From a bacterium (GTDB lineage Bacteria; Babelota; Babeliae; Babelales; RVW-14): a stretch of DNA of 20,254 nucleotides. The notes below the pieces were generated by a model. The model saw only the letters and a list, made by a program, of their open reading frames with translations. It did not search any database and was not told the DNA's origin. How positions within the stretch are numbered: the stretch's first letter is position 1; the number at the start of each line of letters is the position of its first letter. Shown here piece after piece: positions 6,655-15,235 of the stretch. Location of the stretch: contig JBDRBF010000001.1 in the NCBI GenBank assembly GCA_043822925.1, forward strand, positions 1 to 20,254. Direction: 5' to 3'. Made by a program: the position numbers and the translations under genes.

Positions 6655-8274
6655 ATGTTTGATAAAACGATAAAGCCAGAGAAAAAATTAGGACATATTT
6701 TGACCGGGTCGCTCGTCGAGGGGCTAGTGATGAGACTGGCTGCCGGGTGCCAGCTGGAAGATATAAAAACCGGCAAATTTGTTTCAATAGTGGGTTCACA
6801 ATATAAATTTTTTTCGTTAATCACGAATATCGAGCTGGAAGTAACACACCCAGATATTTTGCTCTTTCCCCCACATGAAGACGAGAAGCTATTAACGGGG
6901 GTATTACAGCAACGGGATATATACGCAAAAATCGTATTAAAACCTATGCTTATGCTCGACCAAAATAATAACCGTATGCCAGTAAAAACGATACCTACGC
7001 ATTTTGCGACTGTGTATGAAGCCAGTGCACATGACGTCGCCTGTATTTTCGGCAGCGAAAAAGAAGACAAAAAATACTTTAATATCGGCAACCCGCTCGA
7101 TATGACCACGCCCGTATGTCTAGACTTAGAAAAATTTGTTGAACGTAGTAACGGGATTTTTGGCAAAACGGGAACGGGAAAAACGTTTATTACCCGGTTA
7201 ATTTTGGCCGGACTGGTTAAAAGCGAAAAAGCTGTAAATCTTATATTTGATATGCATAACGAATACGGGCTACAAGCCCGCAAAGAGGGACATGAGCAAT
7301 CTTTTGTAAAGGGACTCAAGACGCTATTCCCACACAAAGTAGTAATTTTCTCGCTGGACCCACAAGCGACACGCAGGCGCGGCGGCACCCCAGACGTAGA
7401 AGTCATGCTTTCCTACTCAGATATTCATGTACAAGACGTTATGTCTTTACAAGACGAACTAAGTCTACACCCAACAGCACTTGAAGCTGCTTATTTAATC
7501 TCGAATAAATATTATGACAAATGGCTTGAAGTTTTGCTCGCCCAAGACGGCAACACATTTAACAGTTTTGCCGGAGAAGTTGGCGCACATCCAGAATCTA
7601 TTAGCGCCCTATACCGTAAACTTAAACGCCTCGAAAAATTCCCGTTCTTAAGCAAAGAAAAACTGAAAATTTCAGTCGTCGATAGATTACTTGAGTACTT
7701 AGACAAAGGCTTTCATGTTGTTTTTGAATTCGGCAACCAAACTTCTATGTTATGCTACTTACTGGTCGCCAATATTATTACACGACATATACATCAAGCA
7801 TATGTCGCAAAAACTGAAAAGTTTTTAGGCACGCAAAATAGCGCAGACAAACCGGGCCAGCTGGTTATCACGATAGAAGAAGCACACAAGTTTTTGAATC
7901 CAACAGCAGCAAGACAAACTATTTTTGGCACAATAGCTCGCGAAATGCGCAAATATTATGTATCGCTCATGATTGTCGACCAACGGCCATCAGGCATAGA
8001 CGAAGAAGTACTCTCCCAAATTGGCACCAAAATTGTTGCAGCTTTAAACGATGAAAAAGACATACAAAGCGTTCTTACTGGCGTCAGTGGATCAAGCGGT
8101 TTACGGGCAATTTTGGCTACGCTAGACTCTAAAAAGCAAGCGCTTTTAATGGGGCATGCTGTACCTATGCCTGTAGTTATTAAAACGCGAGAATATGACG
8201 AAATTTTTTATAGCGACATGATGATACAATTTAAACGCGAAGATATAGACAAAACAATTAGTGAGATTTTTTAA
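6655..8274 (+). CDS. herA: HerA-like ATPase (HAS-barrel plus DUF87 FtsK/HerA P-loop domain)
   Basis: Walker A GKTGTGKT, Walker B ITIEEAHKF, IAREMRKY and DQRPS motifs, and an N-terminal beta-barrel-like region. Confidence 0.88.
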   Translation: MFDKTIKPEKKLGHILTGSLVEGLVMRLAAGCQLEDIKTGKFVSIVGSQYKFFSLITNIELEVTHPDILLFPPHEDEKLLTGVLQQRDIYAKIVLKPMLMLDQNNNRMPVKTIPTHFATVYEASAHDVACIFGSEKEDKKYFNIGNPLDMTTPVCLDLEKFVERSNGIFGKTGTGKTFITRLILAGLVKSEKAVNLIFDMHNEYGLQARKEGHEQSFVKGLKTLFPHKVVIFSLDPQATRRRGGTPDVEVMLSYSDIHVQDVMSLQDELSLHPTALEAAYLISNKYYDKWLEVLLAQDGNTFNSFAGEVGAHPESISALYRKLKRLEKFPFLSKEKLKISVVDRLLEYLDKGFHVVFEFGNQTSMLCYLLVANIITRHIHQAYVAKTEKFLGTQNSADKPGQLVITIEEAHKFLNPTAARQTIFGTIAREMRKYYVSLMIVDQRPSGIDEEVLSQIGTKIVAALNDEKDIQSVLTGVSGSSGLRAILATLDSKKQALLMGHAVPMPVVIKTREYDEIFYSDMMIQFKREDIDKTISEIF

Positions 8275-8325
8275 CCAAAACAAAAAATAAACAGCTAAAA
8301 ACAGATAAAAAGAAAGATACTTGGC

Positions 8326-9450
8326 ATGTACAAAAAACTTACGTTTCTATTTCTTTTTATATTTTCGTACAATTACTCGCTTACACTTGATATTGGGCAT
8401 TATACAATTGATGGGACAGATCACAAAAACAACGAAGATCGCTCTTTATGTTATCATAATGACACAAAACTCAGCCAAGAACTCTCACTATTTGCTGTAT
8501 TTGATGGACACAATGGGTCAGGCGCATCAGAATATTTAGCACATTATTTTTTGACTCAGTTTAAAAATAATTACATAAGTGATTCCAACAAAGACATTGA
8601 AAAAGCGCTCAAAAAATCTATTCAAACAATAGAAAACAACCTATTAAAACAAAAAATGCTCGCAGGATCAACACTTGCCTGTGTACTGTATAACGATAGC
8701 ACAAAAATGTGGCATATCGTACACGTTGGCGACTCACGCATTGCTATTTACAATAAGAATAAAATTAGACATGAAACAAAAGATCATTCCCCACGCACCA
8801 ACTCATCAGAATATAATCGAGTAATGAATGCGGAAGGCTTAATATTATCAAGATGGTTTCTCGAAGATGACGATGATAGGACTATTACCACCATAGAAAA
8901 ACTCGAGTCAAAAAACGATGTTTCTTGTTCCTGCTCAAAAAAAATTACAAAATGGTATGCACAATACCCAAGAACGCAAAAGAGACGTATTACCAAGCAA
9001 AATGGAAAAAAAGAAACAAAAGGTCTTATGACTAAAAACATATATATTCTTACTACGGAAAAAGCTAAAAAGTGCCTTGCAATGTCTCGAAGCATCGGCG
9101 ATCTTATTATGAAATTTAAAGTAAAAACAAATGACGAAGACTTCATGACAAATCCTGAGAGCTATGAAACATCACAAGCAATCATAGCTACCCCAGAATT
9201 TAAACATATTAAAGCAAAAGAAAACGATATTATAATAATTGCATCAGACGGCTTTTGGGATGCTATCAACACCAAAGAAGCACAAAAAAACATATTAGAA
9301 CTTCGCATTAATGGGAAAAACGCTTCCGAAATAAGTTCTAGTTTATGCGCTAAGGCACGAGATATGGAAAGCTTTGACGACATTACGGTTATGGTAATCG
9401 TAAATAACGATAAATCGTACCCAAAAGACACCCAAGAGCTCCTGCCATAA
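8326..9450 (+). CDS. Secreted PP2C/PPM-family Ser/Thr phosphatase, catalytic motifs intact
   Basis: Signal peptide; motifs NEDR, VFDGHNG, HVGDSR, TKDH, SRSIGD, ASDGFWD and DDITV. Confidence 0.93.
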   Translation: MYKKLTFLFLFIFSYNYSLTLDIGHYTIDGTDHKNNEDRSLCYHNDTKLSQELSLFAVFDGHNGSGASEYLAHYFLTQFKNNYISDSNKDIEKALKKSIQTIENNLLKQKMLAGSTLACVLYNDSTKMWHIVHVGDSRIAIYNKNKIRHETKDHSPRTNSSEYNRVMNAEGLILSRWFLEDDDDRTITTIEKLESKNDVSCSCSKKITKWYAQYPRTQKRRITKQNGKKETKGLMTKNIYILTTEKAKKCLAMSRSIGDLIMKFKVKTNDEDFMTNPESYETSQAIIATPEFKHIKAKENDIIIIASDGFWDAINTKEAQKNILELRINGKNASEISSSLCAKARDMESFDDITVMVIVNNDKSYPKDTQELLP

Positions 9451-9537
9451 AAAAACCTAGCCTTTAGAAAAAAGTCAGGATAAATTATGTGACATTCAAA
9501 TCAACATAACGGCCTGGCACTTAAAAAGGGAGTCTTT

Positions 9538-10488
9538 ATGAAGAAATTCTTATTACAAATACCTGCAATTTTATTACTCAGTACCAACATACTTAGCGCA
9601 TACAAACTCGATATAAGTTATCAATCAGCTAAAAAAAAATTTTCTCATTGTTTTGATCAAAACAATGACCGGTTTTTAATTATTCACAATGAAAAAATAA
9701 CAAAAAACTCCCCTGGCTACCCACTGAACAACTATGAGAAATATAAACTAAACAATAACTCCTTAGAAAACTTTTCACTATTTGCTGTATTTGCTGGTCA
9801 TGGAAAATCTGCCGTTATATCTGAAGACCTCCAAGAACAATTCTATACAACTTTTTATAAAAACTATAAAGATTGTGCAGATAAAACACACACCTATGAG
9901 AATATAAAAAAAGCGCTTCAAAAAACAGCCATAGAATTAGATGAGAAAAGCAAAAAAAATACAAACAATCTCAAAATAATTGGATCAACAATTACTTGCC
10001 TGCTTCTTTATAAAAACAAAAACAACCAATTCGTTTGGCTAACTGCCCACGCTGGCAACTCTGGAGTAATTATTTTACCCACAAAACAAGGCTCAAGCAT
10101 ACATACGACAGTAAGTCATGACTTAAATAATCAAAAAGAACTTAAACGAGTTTTCTCCGAAAATGGAGTAATAATAAATGGCAAACTCGGAGGCCAACTA
10201 AAAATCACTAGAAGTATTGGCGATTACGCTCGCTACTCCTACGGCACTCTCGAAGAAACAAAAAAAATACCCGGTCTTACTTGCGAACTAGAAATATCAA
10301 AAGAGATACCGGCCCAACCTGGCCAAACAGCCCTTGTATTTTCTGATGGACTAATAAATGGACAACCGACTTACCGCATCTTTGATCCTTGTTACGAAAA
10401 CCAAGAAAGCTCAGACGTATGCAAAGCAATAATGGCATGCACCGGGACCGATAACACAACAGCTATTGTAATAAAATACAAAGAGTAA
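9538..10488 (+). CDS. Secreted PP2C-family protein, probable pseudophosphatase
   Basis: Signal peptide; motifs NNDR, VFAGHG (D to A), HAGNSG (D to N), TRSIGD, FSDGL and DNTT. Confidence 0.88.
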   Translation: MKKFLLQIPAILLLSTNILSAYKLDISYQSAKKKFSHCFDQNNDRFLIIHNEKITKNSPGYPLNNYEKYKLNNNSLENFSLFAVFAGHGKSAVISEDLQEQFYTTFYKNYKDCADKTHTYENIKKALQKTAIELDEKSKKNTNNLKIIGSTITCLLLYKNKNNQFVWLTAHAGNSGVIILPTKQGSSIHTTVSHDLNNQKELKRVFSENGVIINGKLGGQLKITRSIGDYARYSYGTLEETKKIPGLTCELEISKEIPAQPGQTALVFSDGLINGQPTYRIFDPCYENQESSDVCKAIMACTGTDNTTAIVIKYKE

Positions 10489-10505
10489 CAAACTAAACAA
10501 CCCAA

Positions 10506-10548
10506 TTTTTATCGTCTAAAGATGCTTTAACAGCTTTAACGATAAAAA
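10506..10548. terminator. Imperfect inverted repeat after the PP2C pair
   Basis: TTTTTATCGT (10506-10515) pairs with ACGATAAAAA (10539-10548), with inner TAAAG/CTTTA. Confidence 0.4.
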
Positions 10549-10661
10549 ACTGGCCATCAGGCACAAGTTGCGATACATTATCTTTCATTGGATTTATGCC
10601 GGTAAATTTGTTCCCGGACGAGATTTTGACATTAACAGCCCCAAATTAGGAAGGAGTTCTC

Positions 10662-11279
10662 GTGAAAAAGACATTATTTGGAACCATAGCTCTCTTAGTA
10701 CTAAGCTCTGGAATGGTAGTAGCGATTGAACAAAATCAAGCGCTTGTAGCAAAAAGCAGCCCTCTAGGCCTAGTAGCTATCGACAGCGTATACATCATGC
10801 AATCATCAAAAGAAGGTCAAAAAATAAACGCTGAAGTTGAAAAGAAAATTAATGAGCTTCAAGAATTCATCACCAACTCACAAAAAGAACTCGTAAAAGC
10901 CCAAGAAGATATTAAAGCAAAAGCTGACGTTTTAAGCAAAGAAGCACTTCAAGAAAAAACAGAAGCCCTTGTCGCTAAAAAGAAACATATCGAAACTGAA
11001 ATTAACAATAAACAAGAAGCATTGCGTGCTGAAAGCCAAAGAAAATTACTCAAACTAAGAGATAAACAATTGGCTCTTACTCAAAAAACATTTACAGAAA
11101 GCAACTGGGGCACAGCTTTAATCGACAAAAACACACCAGGCCTCTTGTGCACCCTTGATTCAATCGACAAAACAAAAGAAGTATTAGCCATTATCGACAA
11201 AGATTATGACAAAGCACTGTCAACCGTTGCTAAAGCTCCAAGCGCAAAAACTGAAAAAAAAGAAATAAAGAGCGCGTAA
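10662..11279 (+). CDS. skp: OmpH/Skp periplasmic outer-membrane-protein chaperone
   Basis: GTG start after GGAAGGAG; signal peptide; AIDSVYIMQSSKEGQK motif followed by a long coiled coil; lies directly upstream of lpxD. Confidence 0.85.
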   Translation: MKKTLFGTIALLVLSSGMVVAIEQNQALVAKSSPLGLVAIDSVYIMQSSKEGQKINAEVEKKINELQEFITNSQKELVKAQEDIKAKADVLSKEALQEKTEALVAKKKHIETEINNKQEALRAESQRKLLKLRDKQLALTQKTFTESNWGTALIDKNTPGLLCTLDSIDKTKEVLAIIDKDYDKALSTVAKAPSAKTEKKEIKSA

Positions 11280-11298
11280 ATTAACTTGGAACCAATAG

Positions 11299-12387
11299 AT
11301 GATATTAGATCTTAGTCTTGAAAAACTTGCACAACTCGTGGGAGGAGACCTAACCGGTCCCCTCCCACATACGTTTATTATAAAAAACATCGCAGCGCTT
11401 GAAAGCGCTCTCTCAGACGATATTGCCGTAATTTTAGATCCAGGCAATCAGTCGGTTTTTGATGGCGTCAGCGCTGAGAAAATAGAAAAATCACATGCTG
11501 GAATTATTTTAGCAACACAAGCAACAGTCCCGGGTAAAAACTATCTTTTAGTTAAAGATACGCTCACGGCGTTTCAAAAAATCATCGATTACGCAAATAA
11601 AAAAGATAAAACAATTGCTCTCCCTCTTGGCCAAATGCCCTTTGTAAGCACCAGCGCAATAATAGCACAAGATGCATTTATTGAACCATCGGCTCATATT
11701 TGCGCCGGAGCAAATATTGGGGCAGGAACGGTCGTTGACGCACTTGTTTTTGTTGGCAGAAATTGCATAATTGGCGAACATGTTACCCTGCATCCAGGGG
11801 CAAAAATTTTAGATAACTGTGTTATTGGCGATCACTCAATTATTCACGCCAATGCTGTTATTGGTTCTGATGGCTTTGGGTATAACGTTACGGCTCAAGG
11901 GCTACGCAAAATACCTCATGTTGGCATCGTACAAATCGGCAAACATGTAGAAATTGGCGCTAACTGTTCACTCGATAGAGCAACTTTTGGCAAAACGATA
12001 CTAGAAGACCATGTAAAAGTCGATAACAACGTACACATCGCGCATAACGTAAAAATCGGCATGGGCACTGCAATTTTGGCCCAAACAGGCATCGCTGGTA
12101 GCGCAACTATCGGCAAAGGATGCCAAATTGGCGGCCAAGTTGCGATCAAAAACGGCATCCACATCGGCAACGGCGTTAAAATAGTCTCAAAAAGCGCTAT
12201 ATTAAACGACGTTAAAGATAACGAAACACTGTGCGGCATTCCAGGAATCCCCTTTGGGCAATGGAAAAGAATTACCGTTGCTCTCGGCAAATTACCTGAA
12301 ATGTTTAAAGTAGCACGTGAAGTTTCTGCAATCTTAGAAAAGCAAAAACAAAAGAGATCTTTTTGGAAATGGCTCTTTAGAAGATAA
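11299..12387 (+). CDS. lpxD: UDP-3-O-(3-hydroxyacyl)glucosamine N-acyltransferase
   Basis: Hexapeptide repeats and motifs VIGSDGFGY, EIGANCSLDRA, KVDNNVHIAHNV and AQTGIAGS. Confidence 0.96.
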   Translation: MILDLSLEKLAQLVGGDLTGPLPHTFIIKNIAALESALSDDIAVILDPGNQSVFDGVSAEKIEKSHAGIILATQATVPGKNYLLVKDTLTAFQKIIDYANKKDKTIALPLGQMPFVSTSAIIAQDAFIEPSAHICAGANIGAGTVVDALVFVGRNCIIGEHVTLHPGAKILDNCVIGDHSIIHANAVIGSDGFGYNVTAQGLRKIPHVGIVQIGKHVEIGANCSLDRATFGKTILEDHVKVDNNVHIAHNVKIGMGTAILAQTGIAGSATIGKGCQIGGQVAIKNGIHIGNGVKIVSKSAILNDVKDNETLCGIPGIPFGQWKRITVALGKLPEMFKVAREVSAILEKQKQKRSFWKWLFRR

Positions 12388-12392
12388 AAATA

Positions 12393-13388
12393 ATGATTGT
12401 AGTTCACGTTAAAGAAAAAAAACGGGCAACTTTAGCACAAGCTGTTGCTAATAAAATACAGTGTCCAGTAATTCCGGTATCTGTAGATCACTTTGCCGAT
12501 GGCGAAACACACATCCCCCATTTTAATTCCCGCGCAATTACAGGCCAAAACGTTATTTTAGTACACCAGTTTTTTTCGGCGCAAGAACACATAAATCTAT
12601 CCCAAAACGCAACCACAAATCACCCGATTAATCAGCAAATACTCGATTTACTGATACTTATTAAATACTTAAAAGCTTGCAGGGCACAACGCATAACAAC
12701 GCTTTTACCATACATGCCATACGCCCGGCAAGATCAGACAATCGAAAGAAGCTCTCAATCAATTTTAAGTTTTTTAAGCTCATTTTTAGAACAAAGTGGC
12801 GTAAATACAGTTCTATGTTCTGATATACACTCTCCACACGCTCACAAATTCTTTAATATCCCGTTCGAATCCATTGGATTAGAATTTTTTTGGGCCAATT
12901 ATATCAAAACAAACATCGTAAAATTAGATACTCAAAATGCATGTATTGCAACCCCAGACCTTGGTGGCAAAGGACGAGCACAAACCATAGCGCAAATACT
13001 TGGATTGCCACTTATAGTTGCTGAAAAAAAACGGGTCATAACAAATCACGCAATTGCACTCAAAATCACTGGAGACGTGCAAGGCAAAAAAGTAATTCTA
13101 GTCGACGATATTCTAGCTACCGGCAGGACAGCTATCACCACCTGTGATCTTTTGAAAGAGAAAGGCGCCAAAGAAATTATTGGCTGTTTTTCCCATGCTG
13201 TTTTCGCACCTGGAACAAGCTCAAGATTAATACAAAGTTCTTTTGATAAAATTTACATAGCCGATACAGTTCTAATAGGACTCACACCGGAGATGGCTCA
13301 AAAAATTCATGCTGTAAGTGTGTATGACTTTTTAAGCACGCACGTACATAAATTTCTAAATATCGATGCTTCGACAAGCTCAGCATGA
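12393..13388 (+). CDS. prs: Ribose-phosphate pyrophosphokinase (divergent)
   Basis: Motifs FADGET, PYMPYARQD, DIHS, PDLGGKGRA, GDVQGKKVILVDDILATG and HAVF. Confidence 0.92.
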   Translation: MIVVHVKEKKRATLAQAVANKIQCPVIPVSVDHFADGETHIPHFNSRAITGQNVILVHQFFSAQEHINLSQNATTNHPINQQILDLLILIKYLKACRAQRITTLLPYMPYARQDQTIERSSQSILSFLSSFLEQSGVNTVLCSDIHSPHAHKFFNIPFESIGLEFFWANYIKTNIVKLDTQNACIATPDLGGKGRAQTIAQILGLPLIVAEKKRVITNHAIALKITGDVQGKKVILVDDILATGRTAITTCDLLKEKGAKEIIGCFSHAVFAPGTSSRLIQSSFDKIYIADTVLIGLTPEMAQKIHAVSVYDFLSTHVHKFLNIDASTSSA

Positions 13389-13408
13389 GCGCGGCTCAGG
13401 ACGAGCGC
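13366..13408. repeat. REP-like CTTCGACAAGCTCAGCATGAGCG element overlapping the prs stop codon
   Basis: ATGCT-TCGACAAGCTC-AGCAT imperfect palindrome, followed by tandem GCTCAGCATGAGCGC (13378-13392) and GCTCAGGACGAGCGC (13394-13408). Confidence 0.65.
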
Positions 13409-13432
13409 AGTCTAGTAGGATGACAAAAAAAC

Positions 13433-14005
13433 ATGAATAAAAACATGCCTGAAGAAAAAAAGTACGAAAAACAAAATATCAAAGCAATAATAGGCCTAGG
13501 CAACACCGGACCAGCATACTATAAAACCAGACACAGCATAGGCTTTCGCGTCATAGACGAACTGGCCCGCACACTAAACGCATCTTGGAGCACATCAGGC
13601 GACCAGCAGGTCGCTCAAGCTAAATTAAGCCTAGACCCATACGATCAAAAGGCGCCAAGCGTGCACTTGGTCAAATCACTGGGGTTTATGAACAATTCTG
13701 GTCACGTTCTCAGTTATTTACTCAAAAAGGGCATTAAGCCTGAAAATATCTTAGTAATTCACGACGAACTTGAGAAAAAATTTGGCAAAACCAATATTCG
13801 ATTTGGTGGTGGAGCTCGTGGACATAATGGCCTCCGCTCAATAATGGGTGTAATTGGCGGCGATTTTTGGCGTTTGAGCTTTGGGATAGATCGACCAGCA
13901 GAAAAAAGCGACGTCGGCAACTATGTACTCAGAACTTTTACGCCAGAAGAAGAACGAGCTTTAGACACACTTATAACTCAAGCTGTTACGCTTATTTTAA
14001 ATTAA
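13433..14005 (+). CDS. pth: Peptidyl-tRNA hydrolase
   Basis: Motifs IGLGNTG, TRHSIGF, FMNNSG, VIHDEL and GHNGLRS. Confidence 0.96.
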   Translation: MNKNMPEEKKYEKQNIKAIIGLGNTGPAYYKTRHSIGFRVIDELARTLNASWSTSGDQQVAQAKLSLDPYDQKAPSVHLVKSLGFMNNSGHVLSYLLKKGIKPENILVIHDELEKKFGKTNIRFGGGARGHNGLRSIMGVIGGDFWRLSFGIDRPAEKSDVGNYVLRTFTPEEERALDTLITQAVTLILN

Positions 14006-14026
14006 CATAGAGTTTTATCTGACTTT

Positions 14027-14055
14027 TTGGTACATTTTCTAAACTTTGGTATAAT
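14027..14055 (+). promoter_or_regulatory. Sigma70-type promoter for efp-nusB-kdsA
   Basis: TTGGTA (14027-14032), 17-bp spacer, TATAAT (14050-14055), with an extended -10 TG at 14047-14048. Confidence 0.6.
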
Positions 14056-14105
14056 AAAAAACTGTCTCTTTATCTAAAAAATATTATTTTTTGAAGGGGA
14101 AACCT

Positions 14106-14672
14106 GTGATAGGCACATCTGACTTTCGAAAAGGCTCTACAAGAATTCTATGGAATAACGAACCATGGCTCGTTATTGACTACTCATTGGTTCAACCGGG
14201 TAAAGGCGGAACCTATACAAAAACCAAAATGAGAAACTTGATCACAGGCCGCGTTTTAGAAGAAACATTCAGATCAGCTGAAAAATTCGAAGAACCTGAT
14301 GTAGAACAAGTTAAAATGCAATATCTCTACTCTTCTGACAAGCTTTATCACTTTATGAACCAAGAAACATTCGAACAAAGTGATTTTAACGAAGAAGATG
14401 TTGAATCGGCGATAAAATACCTCAAAGAAGGTCTTACCTACGTTGTCATGTTTTTTAAAGGCAAACCAATAAGCGTTGAAGCCCCTATGTTCATGATTTT
14501 AGAAATTGCAACGACTGTCCCTGGAGTACGTGGCGACACAGCTCAAGGCGGCAGCAAACCAGCAACTCTAGAAACAGGACTCGTTGTCTCCGTTCCCCTT
14601 TTCTTGAACGAAGGCGACAAAATTAAAGTTGACACACGACAAAACAAATACATTGAACGAGTAGATTCATAA
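14106..14672 (+). CDS. efp: Elongation factor P (start reassigned to GTG at 14106)
   Basis: PGKGG loop, PGVRGDTA and ATLETGLVVSVPLF motifs; AAGGGG ribosome-binding site at 14094-14099 before the GTG. Confidence 0.97.
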   Translation: MIGTSDFRKGSTRILWNNEPWLVIDYSLVQPGKGGTYTKTKMRNLITGRVLEETFRSAEKFEEPDVEQVKMQYLYSSDKLYHFMNQETFEQSDFNEEDVESAIKYLKEGLTYVVMFFKGKPISVEAPMFMILEIATTVPGVRGDTAQGGSKPATLETGLVVSVPLFLNEGDKIKVDTRQNKYIERVDS

Positions 14673-14695
14673 GACCAATACGTGGAAAAGGCACC

Positions 14696-15235
14696 ATGAC
14701 CACAAAAAATAATCCCGACTTAAATACAACTCCTATTGATGACGAACTTAATAAAAAAGAACAAGAGCAAACTGAACAAATAGAACAAAAAGAAATTGAC
14801 ACATTCGAGCTCAAGTTTAATACCAGAAGAAACGAACGCATATCTGCGTTTAATTTTCTTTATGCTGTTGATCGGTCAGACTATCAAACCGACCTTTCAG
14901 AAGTAATAAAAAACTTTGAGATTGGCTTTAATATTCAGATACCAGAAAAATCATTTGCTCTCCAACTTGCCCATAGTGCCATTGAAAATCGGGATGCCCT
15001 TGACCAACAAATAAACCCTCACCTAAAAAACTGGAAACTTGAGCGTTTAGGGTGCTGTACGAAATTAATTTTATACATGTCACTTTGGGAACTCAACCAA
15101 CCTGACGCCGTACCATCGATTGTTATTAACGAAGCAGTAGAACTTGCCAAAATGTTCGCAGAAAAAGATGCCTACAAATTTATTAACGGCATTCTTGATG
15201 AAATTTGCAAAACAAAAGGGGACAAACATGAATAA
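14696..15235 (+). CDS. nusB: Transcription antitermination factor NusB
   Basis: Motifs RRNERISAFNFLY, NWKLERL, IVINEAVELAK and FINGILD. Confidence 0.95.
   Translation: MTTKNNPDLNTTPIDDELNKKEQEQTEQIEQKEIDTFELKFNTRRNERISAFNFLYAVDRSDYQTDLSEVIKNFEIGFNIQIPEKSFALQLAHSAIENRDALDQQINPHLKNWKLERLGCCTKLILYMSLWELNQPDAVPSIVINEAVELAKMFAEKDAYKFINGILDEICKTKGDKHE

Noticed and set aside
6558-7406. 282-aa antisense ORF
   Set aside because: It is a shadow of herA on the opposite strand with no recognisable motifs.
6655-8274. HerA-based anti-phage system
   Set aside because: No adjacent SIR2, nuclease or other effector gene of that kind.
11916-12407. 163-aa antisense ORF
   Set aside because: It is a shadow of the lpxD hexapeptide repeats.
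15144-15227. Extended N-terminus of KdsA in the ORF track
   Set aside because: It overlaps nusB extensively; ATG 15228 has a ribosome-binding site and gives a normal-length protein.
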